Below, one piece after another: positions 37,134 through 50,788 of a stretch of DNA of 54,272 bases. Position 1 is the first letter of the stretch; every line of letters begins with the position of its first letter. Source of the stretch: Raillietiella orientalis. Lineage: Eukaryota. The stretch is taken from the NCBI GenBank assembly GCA_036172245.1, contig JAYWIR010000159.1, forward strand, positions 1-54,272. Direction: 5' to 3'. The notes beneath the pieces were generated by a model. It was not told where the DNA came from. It made no database searches and was given only the letters and a program-made list of their open reading frames with translations. The position numbers and the translations under genes were made by a program.

Positions 37134-37158
37134 TTAATTTCTGTCATATTAGTATAAA

Positions 37159-37211
37159 TAAAGAATTTTTCCTTTTTGATGTAAACAAAATATTCATTAA
37201 ACTATTTCTTT
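37159..37211 (-). tRNA. trnV: mt tRNA-Val(UAC), T-arm-less, NUMT copy 3
   Basis: Same fold as copies 1 and 2, with one acceptor-stem substitution. Confidence 0.8.
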
Positions 37212-37567
37212 TTATGAAAAATGAATCGTGAATTCATTTTTTTTAAATTAAAAATATTTAGGAAATTATTTTATTTTACTAACTGAGGATAATATATTTC
37301 AAAATAATAACAATAAATGATTGTTATATAAAACATTTGGGGTTAAGTATAAATCAAAGAATATTCTTTTTACACTCAAAATTGAATATAACTATTACAA
37401 TAGATGTCAGGTGTAAAATTTATATTTTATTATGATGAATAATCAATGGATTTCAATATTTTTATGCTACATTATACAGAATATGTATGCATAATGAAAG
37501 ATGTTAAATATAATTATACATATTCATATGCATTTGTACATATATATTTATATATATGTACATATGT
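37212..37567. other. mt control-region-like segment, NUMT copy 3
   Basis: Homologous to 7544-7900 but with many more substitutions. Confidence 0.65.
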
Positions 37568-40500
37568 ATCATCGCTGCCTTCCAGATGTGAATGGACTTC
37601 TGCCGCACGTTGAATCTCTTAGGATACAAGTAGAAATAGATAACTCCTAAGTTGATGACACCGATCTCCTGGGTAGAAAACCAAACGAAGATTTGGCAGC
37701 GTTGTGTTAAGAAATGGCAAAAAAATTCTACTTCTCCTCAATCATCAATAGTACTCGAATCGTGAGGAGTAGCGTGGTTTTAAATCCCTGCACCACGCAG
37801 AATTTCAGGGTGTAATGAAGCTTTCCTTTGTGTGTGATCATTATGATCGCGGAAGGATTCCTCGCCTCGTCGCATAACGCCTACTAGACCATAAAGATCA
37901 CAATCTTTTGATTGCTCACCTTCTCCAGGATGAAATTGGAATTCCCCGATTTCCTTTGAGTCCACAATTCCCTTCAGAACCTTAAAATGCTTGCGTGAAA
38001 GTCCGAAATTCAATTGGTGGAAGTCAAATTTAGCAAGATATCCTCTTTGCAGTGCGTGCAAGAGTTGATCTTCAGTATGGTAAACGAAACGTGGAGCTCT
38101 GTGAATTGACCGTAAGTGCAAGAGGTTACACCATTCCTGGGAACGAAGACGTGCATTTTTCGGAAGGATATTGGAATATCAAGGAAGACAGAAACTACGG
38201 CAGAGGCATTACGCTGGAGAAATGTACCGCAGCTACGTTATCTAAACGTATACTGGACAGCATATGGCAAGGAATATCTGACCATGAAGAGTGACCTCTA
38301 TCCGCGGCTTTGTTCACACATACTCCGACAGCGGAAAATCAAGTACAGTCCTGGTGGCACGAAATTGGGAAGAAATTCGTACTAAATGTTGAATAGGCTG
38401 CCTCAATGCAGCGTGTCAGTGTTCCGTGACAGCAAACGGTAGGTCGACGAATACCTTCCCCATACAACGACATATGCATATCGATGAAACTATATGATTC
38501 GGCTCTGGCGTTGTGCAGACATTTGGAATGTAGTCTGCATAAATGCTTTCACTATCTAGGGAAAAAGTCGGATAGAGAGTGCTTCAGCAGTAGAAATTCC
38601 TCTCGAGTTAATCCTACCTTCAGGGGAGACGATCGACTTGCAACGTTGTTCAACGGCGGTGGTGCATGCAAGTGAACATTTGAAAGCTCGCAGTGACCGG
38701 ACGATCACAGCGAAACAGCAACAGCCACGGGGTCAACTCTTTTTCACGAGATCCACTTCATTCCATAACATTCAACGTAATGATAAGGGATATGTGAGAC
38801 AGTAGCTCATCGACGCTGGTTCACGAAGGACGCGATCCGCCTTGAGCACATGGAGCACGACAGTGTGCTCTCCAATCTCGTCCTTTTTCGGATGCGAACG
38901 TGCTGGCAACCTGTTGCCCGTTTGCTTTATCACGACGGAAAGCGCTGTCTCCGACGCTGACGATCGTTCCTCAAGTGCACGAAAAAGAAGAACAAAGGTT
39001 TCGGAGAAAATAGAACCGAGATTAGAAAGTATCCATGATAACAACAGATGGAGTGAAATGATTTGATTCGGTGAGAGCATTAAAGAAAGCATTCAACCGT
39101 TCAGAAGACGTGCTTTCTAGATGGCACACTACCATGGGATATTCGTGGAGAGCGTTGGGGGCCTCTGCGGGTACGTGTTGCCACTTTGGGATAAACGGGA
39201 TTCGTCTTGATGAGAACCGCTCTGTAACGAAGGTGACACTTCAAAGATTCTTCGCTCGGATGACAATCATAAACGACATTCGTGTAGCGGAAATAAAGCA
39301 TTTTCCGCTCAAGTACAGTAAGCTCTCCGAACTGAAAATAAACAACGAAGAGTGCGCTTTGCAGCCCACCCTCCAGCCGCTTCCGCAAGGCTCTAAGATT
39401 GGTACGGGCGAAATGCGTGCCGTGGCGAAATGCGAAACTTCTGCAAACGGAGACCTTTGTGTACTCTGCATGGCGCACGAGGGAACTCTGAGCCGGCAAG
39501 CTCCAAACTCCATCACCGTTGCACTGCAGCAGTTCTCGGGCCGCCTGCTCGCACTTCCTCACAGGTCCGATGTTGCCAGCCGACCGCAATTCTCCTCGCA
39601 ACTAACATGCTCTTCGAGGCGCGAGCAGCAGGTGCTGACAAATCGACTTCTACACGACATCGTTTCCCGAGACTATGAATCCTTTTATTCCTGAGAGCTC
39701 TGCGTATCCCACGGGGAAATCTCAAACGGAAATGTGCTCTTCCCTGTACCAGAAAGTATTGCTGTGCACCCTTTCCATTGCGTACGGACATTCCCATGCG
39801 TAGAGAAGTGTGAACTTATTGGTTTCAGTATCTTTCAAGGAACATAGAAAAAGCCACACATTGGGAATACATACACCTGTCTCGAGAATGTACTTTTCCA
39901 TTCTTTTGTAAAACCAATCCAAAGTGTAAAATTTTTGGATACTCCGTCAAGTGTGATGAATGTCTCAATCTCTGGTATTCCCATTCGTATACGTTCAAAA
40001 TGAACATGTCGAGAATGGAAATTAAGACAAGGATTTCCACCGAACATTAGTTTCTTAAGAAGTGTGCCACTTCAGTTTCAGTTTAGAAAGAACACCTCAA
40101 GGATTCGCACCGCCGCACAGCAGTAGCTTCTCTCTTCGATTCAAGCATCGCTGAGGCTGCTTGTCTAGTTTCCTATCGACGCCGTTATGAAAGCAACAAC
40201 CTTCAATGCTGAGAGTTAAGAGTGGAAGGAGTTGATCCGCTTGCTCCAAGCGAACCGGGAAAACGGAGGTGGTCCTCTCGAAAGTTAGCGGCCACGAGTT
40301 CCTCGACTGTTTGAGCTGATAATTCCGCATCGGCCAATCCGAAAACGTGACTCCTGCTTAGATGAAATTCATTCTCGTGCTAGTCCTCGTTGGAAGCTGT
40401 ACAGCTCCACCATTTCAAACTAAAGGTTTGGTGCGCTCATCTACTTTGGAAAACTATCATCTACGAAAGAAGTTTCTTAACATTCTCCACATGTTCGCTC

Positions 40501-40825
40501 GGCGTATGTAGAAACGTTTTTGGTCTCCTTGCAAACCTTCTACAAATATTGTAAATCTAGGAACACAGGCAGACATCTTGCCATGATTTTGCTTCAATTG
40601 ATGCGGAACTATATACAACACGTCCTCACGACGAACTGCTTTCAAAAGGCAAATGACAAAACCTATGGTGTATGTACTATATTTCTGGAAGTAATCGGCT
40701 GCTTCATTTTCAAGCTATGCTATGAAAGGATGTTGTGGAAATGAGATTCTTGATATATGTAGCTCATTTTCCGTAACAAGCATGGATAAAGAAAGCTTTG
40801 CTCACTCACTGCCTTCTGCAAAGGA

Positions 40826-43800
40826 AAAGCGAAGGAAAATATTCGCTAATTAATTCTTAAAGTGGTTACCATGAAAGCCACGAAGAGACCAAAGTGCCCC
40901 GTCTTAATGAAGTCTCGGCGTTTTCTAGAAGTTTCTCTGCTTTCCGCAAAAGAGAATGCTATGTCGCAATCCATGCCAGGAAATTGAAACTTACTGCAAA
41001 CCAAAGCTTCTCTAAGACACGCAACTTTGGAATGGTGAAATCTCCTGAAGTCGAATTAAATACAAACCACTAGATGTTGGAAATTCACAACATATCATAA
41101 ATCACAACGAAGGAAAAGATTCCCTTTCTCATTACGACGCTGGTTACCATGAAAACTACAAAGAGCCCAAAAAGCTTCGCCCTAATATAGTCTGGGACTT
41201 TTCTTGGTGTTAATCTGAACCCATGAAATCGAAAGCTGTGCAGGTCGCCATCAAGGGACTTCAGCACTCACTGCAAATGAATGCGACGGGAAGCGGCGCA
41301 ACACTGCAATTGTGTAATCTCCTGAACTCGAATTGAATAGAAACCACCAGAAGTTACAAATTTCCAACACATAAGAAATCAGAACAATAGATTACCATTC
41401 TAATTACGACGGTTTTTACCATGAAAACCACACAGAGTCCATAGAGACCGTCCTAATGAAGTTTCGGAGTTTTCTCAATGTTCCTCTGAAGCTGTGAAAC
41501 CGGAAAGCTGTGCGGCTCGTCATGAAGGCAATTCTACACTCACTGCAAATGAATGCGTCGGGAAGCGGCGCAAAAGTACAAAGGTGAAATTTCCTGAAGT
41601 CGAATCGAATACAACGAAAGGAAATAACAAATTTCCTTCTCAATAACACTCACAGCGATAAAAAGAATTCCCTTTGTAATTCCGACACTCGCCACCATGC
41701 AAACAACCAAAAGCCTAAAGTGCCTCGCCCTAATAAAGTCTCGTAATTTTCTTGATGTTCGTTTGAACACATTAAATGGGAAAGCAGTGTGCTTCGCCAT
41801 AAAAGGAATTCCCCACCCATTCTAAATGGATGCGTCGGTAAGAGACGCAACAGTTAAATGGAGAAATCTTCTGAAGTGGAATTCAATACAAACCATCAGC
41901 AGTTACAATTTTCTACAACAAAATGGAGGAGAGCGAAGGAGAACATTACCTACCTAATTCCTAAACTGGTTACCATGAAAGCAACACAGAGTCCAAAGTG
42001 CCCCATCCTAATGAATTCTCGCCGTCATCTTGAAGTTTCTCTGCATCCAACAAATCAGAATTCTTTGGGGCTATCCACAGCAGAAAGTTTAAAAACACTG
42101 CAAACGAATGCCTCTCCAGGAGAGCAAACAGTGCAATCGTGAAAACTCCTGAATTCGAAGTAAATACAAACCACCAGAAGTTAGAAATTTAATCCACATG
42201 ATAAATCGGAAGGAAGGAAAACATTCCTTTTCTAATAACGAATCTGGTTAGTATGAAAACAACAAAGCGCACAACGTTGTCCGCCCTGATGAAATCTCGG
42301 CATCTTATTGAAAATTCTCCTCATCCAGGAAATATGAATGCTTTGATGCTATCCTTGGAAGGAATTTGCAACTCAATGCAAACGAATGCGTGTTTGAGAG
42401 ACGCAGCTGAAAATTAGTGAAATCTTCAGAAGTCAAATTGAATGCAAACCACCACAAGTTACAAACTTCCACCACATGATCAACCAGAAGGAAAGAAAAC
42501 ATTCCCTTTCCAATAACGACCCTGGTCTGCATGAAAACCACACAGACTCCAAAGTACCTCGTACTAATGAAATCTCGACATCTCCTTCAAAATTCTCCTA
42601 ATCCAGGAAATAAGAATGCTTTGTTGCTATCAGTGGAAGGAATTTGCAAATCACTGGAAACAAATGTGTCCTTAAGAGACGCAACTGTGCAATGGTAAAA
42701 TCTTCTGAAGTAAATTGAGTGCAATGCACCCGAACCTAAAAATTTACACAACATGATAAATCAGAAGAAAACATTCCCTTTCTAATAACAAATCTGGTAA
42801 CTGTGAAAAGCACAAAGAGCACAACGTTCCCCGCCCAAATGAAATCTCGCCATTTCCTTGGAAATTCTCCTCATCCAGGAAATAAGAACGCTTTGATGCT
42901 ATCCTTGGAAGGAATTCGCAACTCACTACAAACGAATGGGACTTTAAGAGACGCAGCTGTGGAATAGTTAAATCTTCAGAAGTAAAATTGAATGCAAACC
43001 ACCAGAAGTTAAAAACTTACACCACATGATAAATCAGAAGGAAGGAAAACATTCCTTTGCGAATAACGACACTGGTTACCATGAAAAGAACAAAGAGCAC
43101 AAAGTGCCCCGTCCTAATGAAGTCTCGGCATCTCCTTGAAAAATCTCCTCGTGCAGGAAAAAAGATTGCTTTGGAACTATGCTTCAAAGTAATTTTCAAC
43201 TGACTGCAAACGAATGCGTCTTTAAGAGACGCAGCTGCGCATTAGTGAAATTTCCAGATGTCAAATTGAATACAAACCACCAGAAGTTGAAAATTTACAC
43301 TGTATAAAACGTCAGAAGGAAAGAACCAATTCACTTTCACATTCCATGGCTGGTTTCCATGAAACAAACAAAGCCAACAACGTTGTGCGCCCTGATGAAA
43401 TCTCGGCATCTTCTTGAAAAATCTCCTCATCCAGGAAATATGAATGGTTTGGAGCAATCCTTGGAAGTAATTTCCAACTCACTGCAAACGAATGCGTCTT
43501 TAAGAGTCGCAGCTGTGCATCAGTGAAATTTCAAAAAGTCAAAGTGAATGCAAACCACCAGAAGTTAAAAACGTACACCACATGATAAATCAGAAGGATG
43601 GAAAACTTTTCCTTCCTAATAACGACACTGGTTACCATGAAAACAACAAAGAGCCCAAAGTACCCCGACCTAATAAAGTCTCGGCATCGTCTTCAAATCT
43701 TTCCCCTTCCAGGAGATAACAATGCTTTGGAGCTATGCTTGGAAATAATTTCCAACTCACTGCAAACGAATGCGTCTTTAAGAGACGCAGCTGTGAATTA

Positions 43801-46800
43801 GTGAAATCTTCAGAAGTCAAAATGGATGCAAAACACCAGAAGTTAAAAACTTACACCACATGATAAACCACGAGGAAGGAAAACCTTCTTTTTCCAATAA
43901 CGACCCTGGTCTCCATGAAAACTACACAGACTCAAAAGTGCCTCGTACTAATGAAATCTCGACATCTTCTTCAAAATCCTCCTAATCCAGGAAATAAGAA
44001 TGCTTTGTTGCTATCAGTGGAAGGAATTTGCAATTCACTGCAGACGAATGCGTCTTTGAGAGACACAGCTGTGCATCAGTGAAATTTTCAGAAGTCAAAT
44101 TGACTGCAAACCACCGGAAGTTCAAAATTTACACTACATAAAAAATCAGAAGGAAAGAACCCATTCCCTTTCTAAATCCATCGTTGGTTTACATGAAAAC
44201 AACAAAGAGACTAAGGTTCCCCTCCCTAACCAAATCTCGGCATCTTCTTGAAAATTCTCCTCATCCAGGAAATAAGAATGCTTTGTTGCTATCAGTGGAA
44301 GGAATTTGCAATTCACTGTAAACAAATGTGTCCTTAAGAAACGAAACAGTGCAATGGCGAAATCTTCTGAAGTCAAATTCAATGCAAACCACCACAAGTT
44401 AAAAATTTACACCACATGATAAATCAGAAGGAAGGAAAACATTCCCTTTCTAATAAAGACACTGGTTACTATGAAAACAACAAAGCGCACAACGTAGTCC
44501 ACCCTAATGAAATCTCGGCATCTTCTTCAAAATTCTCCTTATCAAGGAAATATGAATGCTTTGGTGCTATGCTTTGAAGTAATTTGCCACTCAATGCCAA
44601 CGAATCGGTCCATCAGAGACGCATATTTGCATAATTGAAATTCGCAGAAGTCAAATTGAATGCAAACCACCGGAAGTTGAAAATTTACACTACATAAAAA
44701 ATCCGAAGGAAAGAACGCATTCCCTTTCTATATCCATCGCTGCTTTCCATGAAAACAATAAAGAGACCAAGGTTCCCCGCCCTAATCAATTCTCGGCATC
44801 TTGAAAATTCTCCTCATCCAGGAAATAAGAATGCTTTGATACTATTCTTGGAAGGCGTTTGCATCTCACTGCAAACGAATGCCTCTTTAAGAGACGCAGC
44901 TGTGAATTAGTGAAATCTTCAGAAGTCAAATTGAATGCAAACCACCAGAAGTTAAAAACTTACACCGCATCATAAATCAGATGGAAGGAAAACATTCCCT
45001 TTCGTATAACGACACTGGTCTCCATGAAAACTACACAGAGTCCAAAGTACCTCGCACAAATGAAATCTCGGCATCTTCTTCAAAATTCTCCTCATCCAGG
45101 AAATATGAATGCTTTGTTGCTATCCTTGGAAGGAATTTGGAACTCAATGAAAAGGATTGCGTCTCTGAGAAACGCAGCTGTGAATTAGTGAAATCTTCAG
45201 AAGTCAAATTGAATGCAAACCACCAGAAGTTAAAAATTTACACCAAATGATAAATCCGTAGGAAGGAAAACATTCCCTTTCAAATTACGACACTGGTTAC
45301 CATGAAAGCAACAAAGAGCTGAAAGTGCCCCGTCCTAATGAAGTATCGGCATCTTCTTGAAAATTCTCTTCATCCACAACAAAAAAGAACGGTTCAATGC
45401 TATCCATAGAAGGAATTTTCTACTCACTGGAAACGAATGCGTATTTAAAAGGAGCAACAGTGCAATAGGGAAATCTCCAGAAGTAATATTAAATGCAAAC
45501 CTCCGGAGGCTAAAAATTTCCACCACATTCCAAACCAGAAGGAAGGAAAACATTTCCTTTCTAATAACGACACTGGTTACCATGAAAAGAAGAAAGAGCT
45601 GAAAGTGCCGCGTTTTTACGAAGTCTCGAGATCTTCTTGGAAATTCTCCTCATCCAAGAAATCAGAATGCGTTGGTGCGATTCATGGCACCAATTTGCAA
45701 CTCACTGCAAACGAATGCGTCTTTAAGAGACCCAACTGTGCAATATTGAAATATCCAGAAGTCAAATTGAACGCAAACCACAGGAAGTTAAATTTTACAC
45801 CACATAATTAATCAGAAGGGAGGAAAAAATTTCCTTTCTCATTACGACTCTGGTTACCATGAAAACAACAAAGAGCACAAAGTACCATGCTTTGAGGAAA
45901 TATCCAAATTTTTCTGATGTTCGCCTGAACCCATGAAATCGGAAAGCTGTTTGGTTCGCCAAGAAAGGAATTTCCCACTCACAGTAAATGTATGCGTCTG
46001 TAAGAGACGCAACTGTGCAATAGTGAAACCTCCAAAAGTAAAATTAAATGCGAATCACCGGAAGTCTAAAATTTACACCACATTATAAACCAGAAGGAAG
46101 GAAAACATTCCCTTTCTAATTACGACACTGGTTACCATGAAAACAACAAAGAGCAATAAGTGCCTCGTATTAATGAATTCTCTGCATCTTCTTGAAAATT
46201 CTCGTAATCCAGAAAATAAGAATGCTTTCGTGCTAGCCATAGCAGGAAGTTGCGAATCACTGCTAACTAATGCGTCTTTAAAAGACGCAACCTTGCTATA
46301 GCAAAATTTCCAGAAGCCAAATTCAATTCAAACCACCAGAAGTTAAAAATTTACACCACAAGATAAATCCGAAGGAACGAAAACATTTCTTTTCTAATAA
46401 GGACACTGGTTACATCAAAACAACAAAGAGCCGAAAGTTCCCGGTCCTAATGAATTCTCATCATCTTCTTGCAAATTCTCCTCAAACAGGAAATTAGAAT
46501 GCTTTGATGCTTTGCTTGGAAGGAATTTGCAAATAACTGAATACGCATGCCTCTTTCAGAGCCGTAAGTGTGCAAAACTGAAATCTCCAGAAGTCAAATT
46601 AAATGGAAACCACCAGAAGTTGAATATTTCCACCACCTTATAAACCAGAAGGAAGGAAAAGATTCCCCATCTAATAACGACACTGGTTACCAGGAAAACA
46701 ACAAAGAGCCGAAAGTGCTCTGTCCTAATGAAGTCTCGGCATCTTCTTCAAAATTCTCCTCATCCAGGAAATAAGAATGCGTTGGTGCGATTCATGGCAG

Positions 46801-49800
46801 GAATTTGCAACTCACTGCAATCGAATGCGTCTCTAAGAGACGCAACTGTGCAATACTGAAATCTCCAGAAGCTAAATTCTATGCAAACGACCGGAAGTTA
46901 AAAATTTAGAGCACATGAGAAATCAGAAGGAAGGAAAAAATTTCCTTTCTAATTACGACTCTGGTTACCATGAAAACAACAAAGAGCACAAATTTCCCCG
47001 CTTTAAAGAAATATCGGAATTTTTCTGATGTTCGCCTGAACCCATGGAAGCGGAAAGCTGTGTGGGTCGCCAAGAACGGAATTTCACACTAACTGTAAAT
47101 GGATGCGTCTGTAGGAGACGCAACAGTGCAACGGACAAATCTCCTGAAATGGAATTGGAAACAAACCACCAGAGGTTACAAATTTCCACCAAATAATGGA
47201 CGAGAGGGAAGCAAACGACTCCCTCTGAAATCCCGTCTCTGGTTTCGATGAAAAGAGCAAACAGTACAAGGTGCCCCGCCCTAAAGAAGTCTCGGCATCT
47301 TCTTGAAGATTCCATGCATCAAGGAAATAAAAATGCTTTGGGGCTATCCATAGCAGGAAGTTGCGACTCACTGGAAACGTATGCGTGTTTAAGAAACGCA
47401 ACTGTGCAATAGTGAAATCTCCAGAAGTAAAATTAAATGCAAACCACCGGAACTTGAAAATTTATACCACATTATAAGCCAGAAGGAAGGAAAACATTCC
47501 CTTTCTAAGAAGGACACTGGTTACCATGAAAACAACAAAGTGCCCAACGTTCCCCGCCAAAATGAAATCTCGGCATCTTCTTGGAAATTCTCCTCATACA
47601 GGAAATAAGAATGCTTTGATGCTATCTTTGGAAGGAACTTGCAACTCACTACAAACGATTGCGTCTTTCAGAAACGCAACTGTGGAATAGTGAAATCATA
47701 GGAAGTCAAATTGAATGCAAACCACCAGAAGTTAAAAGCTTACACCGCATGATAAATAAGATGGAAGGAAAACATTCCCTTTCTATTTCCGACACTGGTT
47801 ACAATAAAAACAACAAAGAGCCCAAAGTGCCCAGTCCTCATGAAGTCTCTGCATCTTCTTGAAAATTCTGCTCATTCAGGAAATAAGAATGCTTTGGTGC
47901 TAACCTTGGAAAGAATTTGCAACTTACTGCCAACGAATGCGTCTTCAAAAGACCCAACAGTGCAATGGTGAAATCTCCTGATGTCGAATTGAATACAAAT
48001 CACCATAAGATACAAATTTCCACCACATGATGAACCAGAGCGACGGAAAAGATTTCTTATTTAATTCTTAAACTGGTTACCATGAAAACTCCCAAGTGTC
48101 CAGAGTGCCCCGTCCAAATGAAGCCTTGGCGTTTTCTTGAAGTATCTCTGCATCCATCAGAACAAAATGCTATGTGGCTCTCCATTTGAGGAAGTTGAAG
48201 CTCACTGCAAACGAATGCGTCCCTAGGAGTCGCAACTGTGCAATAGTGAAATCGCTTCAAGTCAAATTGAATACAGATGACAAGAAGTTAAAAATTTACA
48301 CCACATGACAAATCAGAAGGAAGGAAAACTTTCCCTTTCTAATAACGACCCTTGTTTCCATGAAATCAACAAAGAGCCCAACGTTCCCCGCTCTAATGAA
48401 ATCTCGGCATCTTCTTCAAAATTCTCCTCATCCAGGAAATAAGAATGCTTTGGTGCTAACCTTGGATGGAATTTGCAACTCACTGCAAACGAATGCGTTT
48501 TTAAAAGAATCAACAGTGCAATGGTGAAATCTTCTGTTTTCGAATTCGATACAAATCACCATAAGATACAAATTTTCACCACGTGATTAACCAAAGCGAT
48601 GGATAACATTCCCTTTTGAATTTCGACACTGGTTACCATGAAAAAGGGAAAGAAACCAAATTGCCCGCCCGAACGAAATCTCGGAATTTTATTGATGTTC
48701 ATCTCAATCCATAAAATGAGTGAGCTGTGTGGGTCGTCATGAAAGGAATTGTTCACTTACTGCAAATGCATGCGTCGGTGAGAGACCCAAAAGTGCTTTG
48801 GTGAAATCTCCTGCAGTCGAATTGAATACAAACTAACAGAAATTCAAAATTTCCGCCACATTATTTACGAAAGCAAAAGAAAAGATCACCTTTGTTGTTG
48901 CTAAACTGATTACCATGAAAACAACAAAGAGTGTCAAGTGTTCCGTCCTAATGAGGTCTCAGAATCTTCTTCAAGATTCTACTCATCTAGATAATAAGAA
49001 TGCTTTGTTTCCATCCTTGGAAGGAATTTGCAATTCACTTGAAACAAATACATCTTCAAGGGACGCAACAGTGCAGTGGTGAAATCTCCTGAAGTCAAAT
49101 TAAATGCAAACCACCAGAAGTTAAAAATTTACACGACATGATAAATCGGAAGAAAGAAAACATTCCCTTTCTAATTCGGACACTGTTTACCATGAATACA
49201 ACAAAGAGCCCAACGTTCCCCGCCCTAATGAAATCTCGGCATCTTCTTGATAATTTTCCTCATCCAGGAAACAAAAATGATTTGGAGCTATCCTTGGTAG
49301 AAATTTGCAACTCACTGCAAACGAATGCGTCTTTTTAAGACGCAACTGTGCAACGGTGAAATCTCCTGAAGTCGTATTCCATACAAACCACCAGAAGATA
49401 CAGATTTCCACTACATGATGAACGAGAGCGAAGCTGAAGATTCCCTAAGTAAAAACTAAACTGGTTACCATGAAAACAACAAAGAGTTCAAAGTTCCCCG
49501 TCCTAATGATGTCTCGGCGTCTTCTTGAAGTTTCTCTGCATCCAGGAAATAAGAATGCTTTGGGGCTATCCGTGGCAGGAATTTGCAACTCACTGCAAAC
49601 GTATGCGTCTTTCAGAGACGCAACTGTTCAATGGTGAAATCTTCTGAATTCGAATTGAATACAAAACACCTGAGGTTACAAATGTCCACCACATAAAAAA
49701 TCAGAGCTAAGCAAAACATTCCGTATGTAATTCCTATTCTGGTTACCATGAAGACAACAATGTGCTCAAAGTGCCCCGCCCTAATGAAGTCTCGGAATTT

Positions 49801-50788
49801 TCTTGATGTTCGTCTGAACCCATGAAATGGGAAAGCTGTGTGGGTCGCCATAAAAGGAATTCCTTACGCACTGCAAATGGATGCTTCGGTAAGACACGCA
49901 ACAGTGCAATGGAGAAATCTCCTGAAGTGGAATTCAATACAAACCACAAGAAGTTTCAAATTTCCACCTCATAAAAAATCAACGCTAACGAAAACATTCC
50001 CTTTGTAATTCCGACACTGGTAACGATGAAAAGAACACACAGTTCAAAGTGCTTCGCCCTAATGAAGTCTCGGCCTCTTCTTGATTTTCCTCTGAACACT
50101 GGAAGGTGGAAAGCTGTGATGCTCGTCATGTCGGGAATTTTCCACTCTCTGCAAATAGATGCTTCGTTAAGAGGCGCACCAGTTCAATGGGGAAATCTGC
50201 TGATTTCGAATTGATTCAAATCAACAAATGTTGCAAACTTTGACGACATTATGAATCAGAGCGAAGGAAAACCTGCCCTTTTTAATTCCCTCACCGGTTA
50301 CCATGAAAACAAGAAAAAGTGCAAAGTGCTCCGCCCTCTTCATGTGTTGGACTCTTCTTGATGTTTCTCTGTACCCGGGAAATTGGAAAGCTGTTCGGCT
50401 CGCCATGACGGGAATTTGTCACTCACTGAAAATGAATGCGTAGGAAAGAGTTGCTACAGTGCAATGGTGAAAACTCCGGAATTCGAATTGATTCAAACCA
50501 CCAAATGTTGCAAATTTGGACAACATTATGAATCAGTTCGAAGGAAAACCTTCCTTTTTAATTCTGTCACTGCTTATTATCAAAGAAACAACAAAGAGTG
50601 CATAGTGCTCCGCCCTCTTCATGTGTCGGACTCTTCTTGATGTTCCTCTGTACCCGGGAAATTGGAAAGCTGTGCGGCTCGCCATGACGGGAATTTGCCA
50701 CTCACTGAAAATGAATGTGTCGGTAATAGCCGCAACAGTGAAATAGTGGAATCTCCTGGATTCGAATTTATTCAAACCACCAAATGTT
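40826..50788. repeat. satellite DNA array, ~36 monomers of 278 bp
   Basis: The GGTTACCATGAAAAC-like anchor is at 40864, 41142, 41414, 41690, 41968, 42246, 42524 ... 49741, 50019, 50296, 50572. Spacing is mostly exactly 278 (range 272-280). Confidence 0.96.

Larger units (their letters stand above)
33970..37567. other. NUMT, copy 3
   Basis: Same content and junctions as copies 1 and 2. Confidence 0.93.
30508..40825 (+). repeat. ~13-kb tandem macro-repeat, copy 3 (truncated by the satellite)
   Basis: Colinear with copies 1 and 2 up to ...GCTCACTCACTGCCTTCTGCAAAGGA (~40825; matches 27583-27610), then switches to 278-bp satellite. Confidence 0.93.

Noticed and set aside
40826..50788. CRISPR array or repeat-protein gene
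   Set aside because: Whole 278-bp monomers are homologous, so there are no unique spacers. 278 is not a multiple of 3, there are no cas genes, and the short ORFs are chance products of the repeat.
40826..50788. 278-bp monomer as a dimer of ~139 bp
   Set aside because: TGAAATCTC occurs twice per monomer, but at ~128/150 spacing, and I could not extend an alignment between the halves.
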